A stretch of 25,552 nt of DNA from a bacterium (GTDB taxonomy: Bacteria; Patescibacteriota; Microgenomatia; Daviesbacterales; UBA10151), in contig JAJYNW010000021.1 in assembly GCA_021786105.1 (NCBI GenBank), positions 1 to 25,552 on the forward strand. The letters run 5' to 3'. Positions 1-8,272 of this stretch are shown here, one piece after another (position 1 is the first letter of the stretch; each line of letters opens with the position of its first letter). Made by a program: the position numbers and the translations under genes. The notes under the pieces are model-generated. The model had not been told where the DNA came from and did no database searches. It saw only the letters and a program-made list of their open reading frames with translations.

Positions 1-2
1 AT

Positions 3-50
3 ATTAATGGACAGTTCACCTTCTCTCAACAGGAGGTCCTGTCCATTAAT
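3..50. other. Stem-loop within the terminal repeat (possible terminator or element-end hairpin)
   Basis: ATTAATGGACAG (3-14) pairs with CTGTCCATTAAT (39-50); inner ACCTTCT/AGGAGGT stem with one G-U pair; short T run follows. Confidence 0.7.
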
Positions 51-116
51 TTTGCCCATAAGCTACCCCTTAAATGCAAATTAGTTAATTTCCTGGAATA
101 AGTGCAGGTGGGTCAG
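5..116. repeat. 112-bp inverted repeat, left copy
   Basis: 5..116 (TAATGGACAG...GTGGGTCAG) is the exact reverse complement of 25441..25552. Confidence 0.97.
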
Positions 117-217
117 AGAATTTTAATTAACTCTTCCACAAATGTATGAGTAAGCTTAAATTCCTAGTTTGCTTTTATAAGTTTCTATACCTATAATTAA
201 TTTAAATCTCTAAAATT

Positions 218-832
218 ATGGCTGAAGGGGATAAAGATTTAATTACAACCGACCAACGCAGTCTTTTACCTGATAAAGAATCTGATGATATTGGTAGATT
301 ACCTTTTGAGAAAAATATTATTGAAATTGGACGGATAATTGGCACTAACGGGCAGCCTGATAGAATCCACCCAGATAAGTTAACAAGGTCCTTTCGAGCA
401 GGTAATAATGATTCTATATATGGATTTGTAGACCTTACCCAGGAAGCATTTAATCCTTATATCGGAATTATTGAAACTGATCCTAATGATCCCGCAGTAC
501 AACTTTTCGCTGTTTTTTACGAACTCGATAATGAGATAGAAGTAAGTATTGATTTAACTAGCACACCAGAAGCAATTAAGCTATGGTATGCAGAATCAAT
601 TAAGGATACGGGGGATCCTCTCGTGTGGGGTGAAAAAGCAGGTTCCTGCGAGCGAGGCGAACAAGTAGATAGCAATGGTAAGAAATGCCCTTGGGTAAAA
701 TTTATCCGCAGACCCGAACAATTTAGTCCCAAAACAGTTCAGTTCCTGAATTCTAAAACTGAAACTTTGTTAAAAGCGTTTCAATCTGCCGGAGCAGCTT
801 TACTACCTGGGCAATCTTTACAAAAAGCATAA
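218..832 (+). CDS. Hypothetical protein (204 aa)
   Basis: Long ATG ORF behind an AT-rich upstream region; no recognised motif. Confidence 0.7.
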   Translation: MAEGDKDLITTDQRSLLPDKESDDIGRLPFEKNIIEIGRIIGTNGQPDRIHPDKLTRSFRAGNNDSIYGFVDLTQEAFNPYIGIIETDPNDPAVQLFAVFYELDNEIEVSIDLTSTPEAIKLWYAESIKDTGDPLVWGEKAGSCERGEQVDSNGKKCPWVKFIRRPEQFSPKTVQFLNSKTETLLKAFQSAGAALLPGQSLQKA

Positions 833-844
833 GAATATCTGCTA

Positions 845-894
845 TTAATCCAATTTTTCTCTCTGGGCTCTTAGGAATAGGAACATTGTTCAAA
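845..894 (-). pseudogene. Relic duplicate of the 3' end of the 1517..3088 gene
   Basis: 42/51 identical to 1517..1567; reads FEQ(W, 1-nt deletion)FLFLRAQREKLD* versus FEQWFLFLRTQREKLD*. Confidence 0.88.
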
Positions 895-909
895 ACATTT
901 CTTTTGCCC

Positions 910-918
910 TGATATAAT
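910..918 (+). promoter_or_regulatory. Extended -10 element
   Basis: TGATATAAT, 8 nt before ATG 927. Confidence 0.5.
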
Positions 919-926
919 AAAATCAA

Positions 927-1259
927 ATGGAGCTTCCAAACGGCAAGAACGCTATTGTTTCTAAAGAGAAATTGACTGATTATCTTCTTTCAGAAACTCA
1001 TCCAGTAGGCAGCTCAAAAGCCAGATACTTCCGTAAACTGGGATTTAACAAATTAAATATAAGCCGGTTAGAAAAATTGCTGTTAAAAATAGCAGGTAAT
1101 AATAAAATTAAAAACACTAAAGAATTTACCTATGGTATCAATTATGTTATTGAAGGGAAAATTAAGACTCCGAGTGGAAAAGTAGTCACGATTGCAACAG
1201 TTTGGTTTACAAAAACAAAAGAAAGCAAACCTAGTTTTGTAACAGCATATCCGGTATAA
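927..1259 (+). CDS. DUF6883-like protein (putative toxin/nuclease-type domain)
   Basis: KLTDYLLSETHPVGSSKARYF, GKIKTPSG, TVW and FVTAYP match the DUF6883 pattern as I recall it. Confidence 0.75.
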   Translation: MELPNGKNAIVSKEKLTDYLLSETHPVGSSKARYFRKLGFNKLNISRLEKLLLKIAGNNKIKNTKEFTYGINYVIEGKIKTPSGKVVTIATVWFTKTKESKPSFVTAYPV

Positions 1260-1278
1260 TTGGAGAAAGGAAATAATT

Positions 1279-1515
1279 ATGTACAAGTTCAAAGATTTAG
1301 AAACAGTAATTCTTACCCACGATCTTAAAGAACACGGCCTTCGTGCTGGAGATATGGGCGCAGTAGTTAATGTTTATAATAACGGCAAAGCAGCTGAAGT
1401 AGAATTTGTCACTGCAACCGGTAAAACGGCTGCATTAGTTACACTGAATATTGATGATGTCCGGGATATTAAAAACGACGATATGCTTCACGTCCGGGGT
1501 TTTGCTGCAGTTTAA
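1279..1515 (+). CDS. DUF4926-like protein (putative immunity/antitoxin partner)
   Basis: V-L-DL..GLRAGDMGAVV..EVEF..G.T.ALVTL pattern; SD-like GGAG/AAAGGA upstream. Confidence 0.82.
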   Translation: MYKFKDLETVILTHDLKEHGLRAGDMGAVVNVYNNGKAAEVEFVTATGKTAALVTLNIDDVRDIKNDDMLHVRGFAAV

Positions 1516-1516
1516 T

Positions 1517-3088
1517 TTAATCCAATTTTTCTCGTTGGGTCCGGAGGAAAAGAAACCATTGTTCAAAGAAAGCAAAGATTCCTTTGAATGGTGTTTCGAT
1601 AATAAAGTCAAAAATAAAGAGAATAATGTTAATAGAAGAAATAGCCAAGGTTAATCTCCTGCCGACTTGAATAAATGGCATAAAGAAAAAGTCAAAGAAC
1701 AATGAGCCAAGATTTTCCTTTTTGTCTTTTAAGATATACATATTCGCAGTTCTGTTAATTCTGTAAGCAATAAAGGAAACAATTGCCAAGAAAAACATAA
1801 ATATCGCTTGAGAAACTGGATTAAAGTGTAATTTTGTCAAAATAAATATTATTGCCCCAAAACTTAGAACAAATGTTAAGATCCACATCACAATAAAAAC
1901 AAGCCAAAGTAGGGGATCGATTTTATTGGGTTTTTTCTTAACTATTAAAGGCGGGTCAAGCAGAGGAGGATCATCATACAAAATAGTATCAATTTTTTTC
2001 AAAATTCTCATTGAATTCTCCCGGGAAGGGGTGGGCACTAAAAGTCCCACAATAATCATCAAAATTGGTGGAGTTAAAGTATTTAAAGCAATTGAGGACC
2101 AAAGCGTTTTCCCATAGATAATTCTTTCAAAAGTTCCTTCGACAAAAAAGGCAAATATTGCTTTGGTAAAGAATATAAAGATTACGCTTCTAACAATTGC
2201 CCTTCTTACTTTCCCAGAAATTGCTTTATAGCGAGCATTGCAAGCTGAGAGGATTTCTGAATTAATTAAGTCTTGATTTGAAGCTATTGAATAAGCCTTA
2301 CCTCGATATTTTCTTAGAACATCATCCAAAATCAAAAAGGGGATAGTCTGTTTTTTTATGTAAGTATAAATTCTATCCCTTGCTGCATATTTAAATTGAT
2401 CTTCTATTTGTTTTGTTGCCTCCGGAAAATGATCGGCAATTTTCTCCACATTTGATTCGGTCATTTTTTCAAAATATTGTTTAAATAGGTGATAACGAAG
2501 CAAAGCTAAATCATCATTGGCGTAAGCACGTCTGACAGCAATAAAAACTTGTAAATCTTTTATTTGTTCTGTGTCATCAGTAATCGTGACTCTGCTTTTA
2601 AAAACCCCAAAAATAAAATTACTCATAATATCTTTGGGGTCAGTAGGTTTTAGAATATGCTCAATTTCTGAAGATAATAAGTTAAAAATCCACTCGCCAA
2701 CTTTTCCTTTATTAACCCGGTGTTTTTTATTTACCAATTCTTCCAACTTCAAATACAAGTCTATTTCGTTTGAAACTTGAGTTATTTGAGACTCGGCAAT
2801 TGTGGAATCGGGGAAATAACGAGCCCAAACTAATTCCCTAATTAAAGGTGCAGCCACTGATTTACCACTTCCGCCTAAAATTAAGCGCCTTTTTAGAATT
2901 CTTTCAATTGTGGTACGCAAGATAACCTCATCTTCGTGATAATCCATGGCGGTACGGAATTTTTCATACCAAGTGGCCAATTCCGCAACTAACGGATTGA
3001 CGGAAATAGTCCTGTCATGATGCGGAATAGATGCCCGGTCGTAAGCTGCAACTAAAGCAGCTGATAGTTTATTTACTGTTTTTACCAT
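1517..3088 (-). CDS. Hypothetical membrane protein (soluble N-terminal half, several C-terminal TM helices)
   Basis: 523-aa ORF with hydrophobic segments in the C-terminal half; extended -10 upstream. Confidence 0.85.
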   Translation of the reverse strand: MVKTVNKLSAALVAAYDRASIPHHDRTISVNPLVAELATWYEKFRTAMDYHEDEVILRTTIERILKRRLILGGSGKSVAAPLIRELVWARYFPDSTIAESQITQVSNEIDLYLKLEELVNKKHRVNKGKVGEWIFNLLSSEIEHILKPTDPKDIMSNFIFGVFKSRVTITDDTEQIKDLQVFIAVRRAYANDDLALLRYHLFKQYFEKMTESNVEKIADHFPEATKQIEDQFKYAARDRIYTYIKKQTIPFLILDDVLRKYRGKAYSIASNQDLINSEILSACNARYKAISGKVRRAIVRSVIFIFFTKAIFAFFVEGTFERIIYGKTLWSSIALNTLTPPILMIIVGLLVPTPSRENSMRILKKIDTILYDDPPLLDPPLIVKKKPNKIDPLLWLVFIVMWILTFVLSFGAIIFILTKLHFNPVSQAIFMFFLAIVSFIAYRINRTANMYILKDKKENLGSLFFDFFFMPFIQVGRRLTLAISSINIILFIFDFIIETPFKGIFAFFEQWFLFLRTQREKLD

Positions 3089-3095
3089 TTAGTGT

Positions 3096-3104
3096 AGTAT
3101 AACA
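3096..3104 (-). promoter_or_regulatory. Extended -10 element
   Basis: Minus strand TGTTATACT, 7 nt before ATG 3088. Confidence 0.55.
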
Positions 3105-3130
3105 GTATTATCACACATCATAAATAATTT

Positions 3131-4234
3131 ATGACTAATGAAGAAAAATTCAATTTAATAACGAGGAATTTGGAGGAAGTTTTAACTCCAGAAGAGTTAA
3201 AACATTTAATCGAATCTAATACGCCACTTAATCATTACATCGGCTTTGAAATCTCAGGAAAAGTTCATTTAGGCACCGGTTTTGCCTCCATGCTAAAAAT
3301 CAGAGATCTGCAGAAGGCAGGAGTTGAAACTACCGTTCTTTTGGCAGATTGGCACACCTGGCTTAATAAAAAATTGGATGGAACCTTAGAAACAGCAAAG
3401 AAAATGGCTAAGGATTACTTTGAAGAAGGATTAAAAGCCGCAGCGATTTGCGTAGGAGCTGATCCTAATAAGATTGAATTTGTTTTAGGTAGCGAACTTT
3501 ACGATAAATTAGGCAACAAATATTGGGCAACAGTTATAAAGGTTTCCAAAGCCACTACCGTGGCCCGCATGCTCCGATCTACTACTATTATGGGTAGAAA
3601 AGAAGGAGAAATTTCCGATGCCGCCATGCTAATTTACCCAGCCATGCAATCAGCTGATATTTTCACTATGAGTATTAATTTGGCGCAAGCCGGTACCGAC
3701 CAAAGAAATGTTCATGTTGTTGCCCGAGACACAGCTAAAGAAGTAGGTTACCCAAAACCAATAGCTATTCATCACCACCTACTGCAAGGGTTATTAAAAC
3801 CATCTATCTGGCCTATTCCAGAAGGGGATAGAGATCAAGTTGCCGAAGCAATGAAAATGAGTAAATCAAAACCAGATAGTGCGGTTTTTATCCATGATAG
3901 TCCCGAGGAAATCAGGAGAAAAGTTAACAATGCCTTTGCTCCAGAAGGAGAAGTAGCCTATAACCCCATTTTAGATTGGACCAAATATTTAATTTTTTAT
4001 GATCCAGATTCTAAGCTGGAAATTAAACGGCCAGAGAAATTTGGTGGAGATATAACTTATACTTCTTACAAAGAGTTGGAAAAAGATTATTTGGAGAAAA
4101 AATTACATCCAATGGATTTAAAAATGGCTGTAGCTGAGTGGTTAATCCAAAAATTAGAACCAGCCCGAAAATATTTTGAAGATCCCAAAAGAAAAACTGC
4201 TTTGGAAGAGATCGAAAAATTGGCTGCAAGGTAA
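3131..4234 (+). CDS. tyrS: Tyrosine--tRNA ligase, archaeal/eukaryotic type
   Basis: YIGFEISGKVHLG (HIGH-like), YPAMQSADI, GTDQR, KMSKS, LHPMDLK; no C-terminal S4 domain. Confidence 0.92.
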   Translation: MTNEEKFNLITRNLEEVLTPEELKHLIESNTPLNHYIGFEISGKVHLGTGFASMLKIRDLQKAGVETTVLLADWHTWLNKKLDGTLETAKKMAKDYFEEGLKAAAICVGADPNKIEFVLGSELYDKLGNKYWATVIKVSKATTVARMLRSTTIMGRKEGEISDAAMLIYPAMQSADIFTMSINLAQAGTDQRNVHVVARDTAKEVGYPKPIAIHHHLLQGLLKPSIWPIPEGDRDQVAEAMKMSKSKPDSAVFIHDSPEEIRRKVNNAFAPEGEVAYNPILDWTKYLIFYDPDSKLEIKRPEKFGGDITYTSYKELEKDYLEKKLHPMDLKMAVAEWLIQKLEPARKYFEDPKRKTALEEIEKLAAR

Positions 4235-4236
4235 TT

Positions 4237-4404
4237 CTACAGTGAGGATAAAGCTATCAATCCAATAGCAGCAACAGTACTATAACCCAAGACTTTCCAG
4301 GCAAATCTTTTCCAGGTTCTTTCCTTTCCTACCCCTGAATCAGATAGAAAACTAAATCTTTTTCCCTCAATAGAGGATAATCTGGTCTTTAATTCAGTCT
4401 CCAT
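4237..4404 (-). CDS. Small protein with C-terminal hydrophobic helix (55 aa; not in the ORF track)
   Basis: Manual translation METELKTRLSSIEGKRFSFLSDSGVGKERTWKRFAWKVLGYSTVAAIGLIALSSL*; stop abuts the tyrS stop. Confidence 0.55.
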   Translation of the reverse strand: METELKTRLSSIEGKRFSFLSDSGVGKERTWKRFAWKVLGYSTVAAIGLIALSSL

Positions 4405-4418
4405 AGGCAGTTACAAAC

Positions 4419-4444
4419 AAAAGAAAAGTATATACTTTTCTTTT
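4419..4444. promoter_or_regulatory. Perfect 26-bp palindrome between divergent small ORFs
   Basis: AAAAGAAAAGTAT|ATACTTTTCTTTT; the palindrome is certain, the regulatory role is inferred. Confidence 0.6.
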
Positions 4445-4479
4445 TCCATTTCAAGAGTTAGAATATTTACAGGCTAACC

Positions 4480-4587
4480 ATGATGTATTCACAAAAATTC
4501 AAAATTTTCTGGATTATCTTATCGGTAATTTCCGGCATCGCCATTATCCTTTTCTCCCTTTTACCGCTTCTTACTAATCTTCGGTAA
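4480..4587 (+). CDS. Small single-pass membrane peptide (35 aa; not in the ORF track)
   Basis: Manual translation MMYSQKFKIFWIILSVISGIAIILFSLLPLLTNLR*. Confidence 0.6.
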   Translation: MMYSQKFKIFWIILSVISGIAIILFSLLPLLTNLR

Positions 4588-4589
4588 AT

Positions 4590-4598
4590 TGGTATAAT
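4590..4598 (+). promoter_or_regulatory. Extended -10 element for recG
   Basis: TGGTATAAT, 6 nt before ATG 4605. Confidence 0.55.
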
Positions 4599-4604
4599 TC
4601 CCTC

Positions 4605-6731
4605 ATGGATTTGAGAACTCCGTTAAAACAGATTACCGGCATCGGGCCGTCGCTTTTGTACCGGCTTGGCCGACTTAACTTAAACACCGTTGAGGATTTA
4701 ATTTATCATTTCCCGTACCGCTATGATGATTTTTCTAATACCACTTCGGCTCTGGAAGCCCAAATCGGACAAACTGTCACTTTGCAGGGGGAAATCTGGT
4801 CTATTCAAAATATTTTTACCAGATCCCGAAAAATTATTACTAAAGCTGTTTTTAATGACGGCACCTCACCCATAGAATTGACCTGGTTTAATTCTTCCTG
4901 GTTAACCAAGCAAATCCAGACAGGAGACAGATTGCAGCTTTCCGGCAAAATCAGCAAGTATAAAAACAAACTTTCAATAATTGCACCCAAGTGGGAAAAA
5001 CTCTCCGCTGATCTACAAACCCCCCAACCCACTGGAGCGCCCGGTCTCCATACCGGCAGACTGGTGCCTGTTTATCCTGAAACCGAAGGGCTATCTTCCA
5101 AATGGCTGCGGACTAAAATAGACAAACTTTTACCTCAAGTTTTATCCGGAATACAAGACCCGCTCCCTGATCAAATCCGGGATAAAATGCTGCCTCTGAC
5201 CGAAGCCATCCAACAAGTCCATTTTCCAAAAGATTGGAAAGAGGTAGAAAAAGCAAGGGAAAGATTGGGCTTTGATGAGCTATTTTATGTTTCTTTGGCT
5301 ACCCAGAAAGCGAGGGCAGAATGGAGTAAAAAACCGCTTATTAAACCCTTAAAGATTAAGCGAAGCGATATTAAGGATTTTATCAGTAAGCTGCCTTTCA
5401 AATTAACCTCTGCCCAGGAAAAAGTTTTGAAAGATATCCTGGATGATTTAAAAGAGAACCAACCTATGAACCGTCTGGTCCAGGGAGAAGTCGGTTCCGG
5501 GAAAACAGTTGTTGCCGCAGTTATTACTTATTTGGTTTGCAAAAATAATCTGCGGACATTGTTCATGGCTCCGACTGAAATTTTGGCATTCCAGCATTAC
5601 GACACGTTAAATAAACTTCTTTCACCTTTTGGAGTTAAAGTTGGTATTTATACCGGTTCGAAAAAATTTACCTCTTCTGTCATTGCGAGGAACGTAGCGA
5701 CGAAGCAATCTTCCAACTCAAATGGAAAGATTGCCACGCTCCCTTCGGTCGCTCGCAATGACAATGGAAAAATCCCAAATATTATAGTTGGAACCCATGC
5801 TTTATTATCAGAAAAATTAAACATACCAAATGTAGGACTGATCATTGTTGATGAACAGCAGCGCTTTGGTGTCGGGCAAAGGACCTTGCTTCGCTCCAAA
5901 GCCGAAATTCCACATTTCTTAACAATGACTGCCACCCCCATTCCCAGAACCGTAGCTTTAACCTTATACGGTGATTTGGATATGTCGGTGATTGACGAAT
6001 TACCCAAGGGCCGCCAAATGGTAAGAACTTATGTAGTACCGGAAAAAAGACGGGCAGATTCGTATAAATTTATTGCAAAAAAAATTGGGGCAGGAGACCA
6101 GGTTTACATCATTACACCTTTAATCGAAGCTTCGGAAACTTTAACTTCAGTCAAAGCCGCCAAAGTAGAATTTGATAAACTCAAAAAGGTTTTTCCTGAT
6201 CTTCAACTTGACCTTTTGCATGGCAAAATGAAGGGAAGCGAAAAGGCTAAAACTATTGAAAATTTCCGCTCCGGGCAAACTGATATTTTAGTCTCCACCT
6301 CAGTTGTAGAAGTAGGAGTAGACAATCCAAATGCCACCATCATTATCATAGAAGGGGCGGAACGGTTTGGTCTGGCTCAGCTGCACCAGCTCCGGGGCAG
6401 AGTGGGCCGTGGCACCAAAGAATCCTTCTGTTTTCTCTATACATCCAATTCATCAAGTGATGAACAGAACCGTCTCAAGTTTTTAGAAACCACTTTTGAC
6501 GGGCTAAAACTGGCTGAACTTGATTTAAAAATCAGAGGCTCCGGCCAAATTTTCGGCACGGCGCAATCAGGCCGATTTGAGTTTAAAATTGCTTCTTTTT
6601 CCAACTTAACCTTACTGGAAAAAACTAAACATGAAGCTGAAAAATTATTAGCCAAAGATCCTGCACTTGACAAATACCCGCTTCTCAAGGCAAAATTACA
6701 AGACATCACATCCGGTGTTATGCCGGATTAA
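4605..6731 (+). CDS. recG: ATP-dependent DNA helicase RecG
   Basis: MNRLVQGEVGSGKT, VDEQQRFGV, MTATPIPRT, AERFGLAQLHQLRGRVGRG; N-terminal wedge domain. Confidence 0.97.
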   Translation: MDLRTPLKQITGIGPSLLYRLGRLNLNTVEDLIYHFPYRYDDFSNTTSALEAQIGQTVTLQGEIWSIQNIFTRSRKIITKAVFNDGTSPIELTWFNSSWLTKQIQTGDRLQLSGKISKYKNKLSIIAPKWEKLSADLQTPQPTGAPGLHTGRLVPVYPETEGLSSKWLRTKIDKLLPQVLSGIQDPLPDQIRDKMLPLTEAIQQVHFPKDWKEVEKARERLGFDELFYVSLATQKARAEWSKKPLIKPLKIKRSDIKDFISKLPFKLTSAQEKVLKDILDDLKENQPMNRLVQGEVGSGKTVVAAVITYLVCKNNLRTLFMAPTEILAFQHYDTLNKLLSPFGVKVGIYTGSKKFTSSVIARNVATKQSSNSNGKIATLPSVARNDNGKIPNIIVGTHALLSEKLNIPNVGLIIVDEQQRFGVGQRTLLRSKAEIPHFLTMTATPIPRTVALTLYGDLDMSVIDELPKGRQMVRTYVVPEKRRADSYKFIAKKIGAGDQVYIITPLIEASETLTSVKAAKVEFDKLKKVFPDLQLDLLHGKMKGSEKAKTIENFRSGQTDILVSTSVVEVGVDNPNATIIIIEGAERFGLAQLHQLRGRVGRGTKESFCFLYTSNSSSDEQNRLKFLETTFDGLKLAELDLKIRGSGQIFGTAQSGRFEFKIASFSNLTLLEKTKHEAEKLLAKDPALDKYPLLKAKLQDITSGVMPD
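5678..5763. repeat. RPE-like palindromic element in frame within recG
   Basis: TGTCATTGCGAG...CTCGCAATGACA 12-bp arms; inner GCAATCTTCCA/TGGAAAGATTGC stem. Confidence 0.88.
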
Positions 6732-6741
6732 GGAGAAAACT

Positions 6742-6936
6742 ATGGCTGGAGAACCAAAAAGAAGACATTCTAAAGCAAGGAAAAGAACCAGAAGAGCGGC
6801 TATTAACTTAGCAGTAAGTTCGGTAACCTGCAAAAACTGTGGCAAATTAACTATACCTCATACCGTTTGCAGGGAATGCGGATTTTACGGAGGGAAAGCG
6901 GTTACCAAAGAAAAAGTTCAAGTTACCCGCGCATGA
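6742..6936 (+). CDS. rpmF: 50S ribosomal protein L32 (zinc-ribbon type)
   Basis: MAGEPKRRHSKARKRTRR, CKNC...HTVCRECGFY; SD AAGGAG; start corrected from 6667. Confidence 0.95.
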   Translation: MAGEPKRRHSKARKRTRRAAINLAVSSVTCKNCGKLTIPHTVCRECGFYGGKAVTKEKVQVTRA

Positions 6937-7298
6937 AGAAAAAGTCTGACCCAAGACACCTCAACAGAACAAAGCTCATGCAAGACTTATTTTCCTGGCA
7001 ATTCAGACCTGAAAAAAAAGGCAGTTCCAAAATCCAACCAATAATTGCTAAACTTCCGGAAATTGACGAACTGATTGCCCAATCTGCTCCTGATCGCCCA
7101 ATCTCAGAAATTAATAAAATTGATTTATCCATCTTGCGTCTTGCAGTTTTTGAGTTAATAATAGATAAAGGGGTTCCCCCGAAAGTGGTTATTGATGAAG
7201 CGGTAGAGTTAGGCAAAGAGTATGGTTCTGATTCATCAGCAAGTTTTATTAATGGCGCTTTGGGAAAATTGATTGAAATAAAGAAAATTAAAATCTAA
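6933..7298 (+). CDS. nusB: Transcription antitermination factor NusB
   Basis: IDLSILRLAVFEL, PKVVIDEAVELGKEYG, FINGALG; ATGA overlap with the rpmF stop; start corrected from 6867. Confidence 0.93.
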   Translation: MKKKSDPRHLNRTKLMQDLFSWQFRPEKKGSSKIQPIIAKLPEIDELIAQSAPDRPISEINKIDLSILRLAVFELIIDKGVPPKVVIDEAVELGKEYGSDSSASFINGALGKLIEIKKIKI

Positions 7299-7303
7299 CT
7301 ACA

Positions 7304-7543
7304 ATGGACATCGAACAACAAATTATTAAAGCAATAGCCGAACACTTAGGCCTTTCACCGGAAGACGTAGACAGGCATGCACTTTTACGAGAGGAGCTAA
7401 ATTTAGGCCCGATTGAGCTAAACGACCTGTTGGCTGATTTATCCCAAAAATTTAATGTCACTTTTGATGATGTGGAAACAGAAGACTTAAAAAGAATTGA
7501 TGATTTAATTGTCTTAGTCGAGGATAATTTATTAGAAGAATGA
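7304..7543 (+). CDS. Acyl-carrier-protein-like protein lacking the phosphopantetheine serine
   Basis: 79 aa, acidic, ACP-like pattern, directly upstream of rnc; ELNLGPIEL in place of DLGxDSLD. Confidence 0.72.
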   Translation: MDIEQQIIKAIAEHLGLSPEDVDRHALLREELNLGPIELNDLLADLSQKFNVTFDDVETEDLKRIDDLIVLVEDNLLEE

Positions 7544-8229
7544 CAGATAATGATCTTTCAGACCTCCTCAATCAGCTAAATATAACATTCAAGGATCCAA
7601 AACTTCTACAGCAAGCCTTCTTGCACCGCTCTTACTTAAACGAGGTAAAAATTAATATGCTGTCCAATGAGCGCTTAGAATTCTTAGGCGATTCAGTCTT
7701 GTCTTTGATCATCTCTTATTACCTTTATACGCTAAGAACGACGGATTCTGAAGGTGATCTAACAAACCTCCGGGCTCATATAGTAAAAACTAAATCCTTA
7801 GCAGAAGCAGCCAAAAAGCTTGAGTTAGGAAAATATTTAAAACTCTCCAAAGGAGAGGAACTTTCCGGAGGAAGAAACAACCCCCAGCTTTTGGCCAATA
7901 CTTACGAAGCACTGATAGGAAGCATATTCTTAGATCAAGGCTTAGAGGTAACCAAAAATGTTGTCAGCCAAACATTACTGCCTCTTTTTGAGAAAGAACT
8001 AAAAATGGGCCCGCCAAAAGATGCAAAATCCAGTCTGCAAGAAGTAGTGCAGCAAAGACTTAAGGAATCACCACATTATAAAATTATGGAAACCAGAGGA
8101 CCGGATCACGCCAAACAGTTTACTGTAGCCGTATATATTGGCGGGAAGGAAATGGGCCGGGGTTCAGGTAACAGCAAGCAAGTAGCCGAAGAACAAGCTG
8201 CAAAATCGGCCCTGGAAAAGCTCACTTAA
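7540..8229 (+). CDS. rnc: Ribonuclease III
   Basis: NERLEFLGDSVL signature; C-terminal dsRBD (GPDHAKQF, SKQVAEEQAA). Confidence 0.97.
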   Translation: MTDNDLSDLLNQLNITFKDPKLLQQAFLHRSYLNEVKINMLSNERLEFLGDSVLSLIISYYLYTLRTTDSEGDLTNLRAHIVKTKSLAEAAKKLELGKYLKLSKGEELSGGRNNPQLLANTYEALIGSIFLDQGLEVTKNVVSQTLLPLFEKELKMGPPKDAKSSLQEVVQQRLKESPHYKIMETRGPDHAKQFTVAVYIGGKEMGRGSGNSKQVAEEQAAKSALEKLT

Positions 8230-8236
8230 ACCCTTC

Positions 8237-8265
8237 TTGCGCTAGCTTCAGCTTTCGTATATACT
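8237..8265 (+). promoter_or_regulatory. Sigma70-type promoter of rpsP
   Basis: TTGCGC-17 nt-TATACT, 7 nt before ATG 8273. Confidence 0.6.
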
Positions 8266-8272
8266 TATCCCC

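Noticed and set aside
5-116. tRNA or c-di-GMP riboswitch in the terminal repeat
   Set aside because: No cloverleaf or T-loop motif and no GEMM two-hairpin consensus recognisable by eye; an Rfam search is still advisable.
845-1567. DGR template/variable repeat pair
   Set aside because: Only 5 of 8 differences are at adenines of the putative template, the changes are mostly synonymous, and no reverse transcriptase is in the window.
6667-6932. Extended N-termini of rpmF (6667) and nusB (6867) in the ORF track
   Set aside because: They overlap upstream genes; better starts are 6742 (SD present) and 6933 (ATGA coupling).
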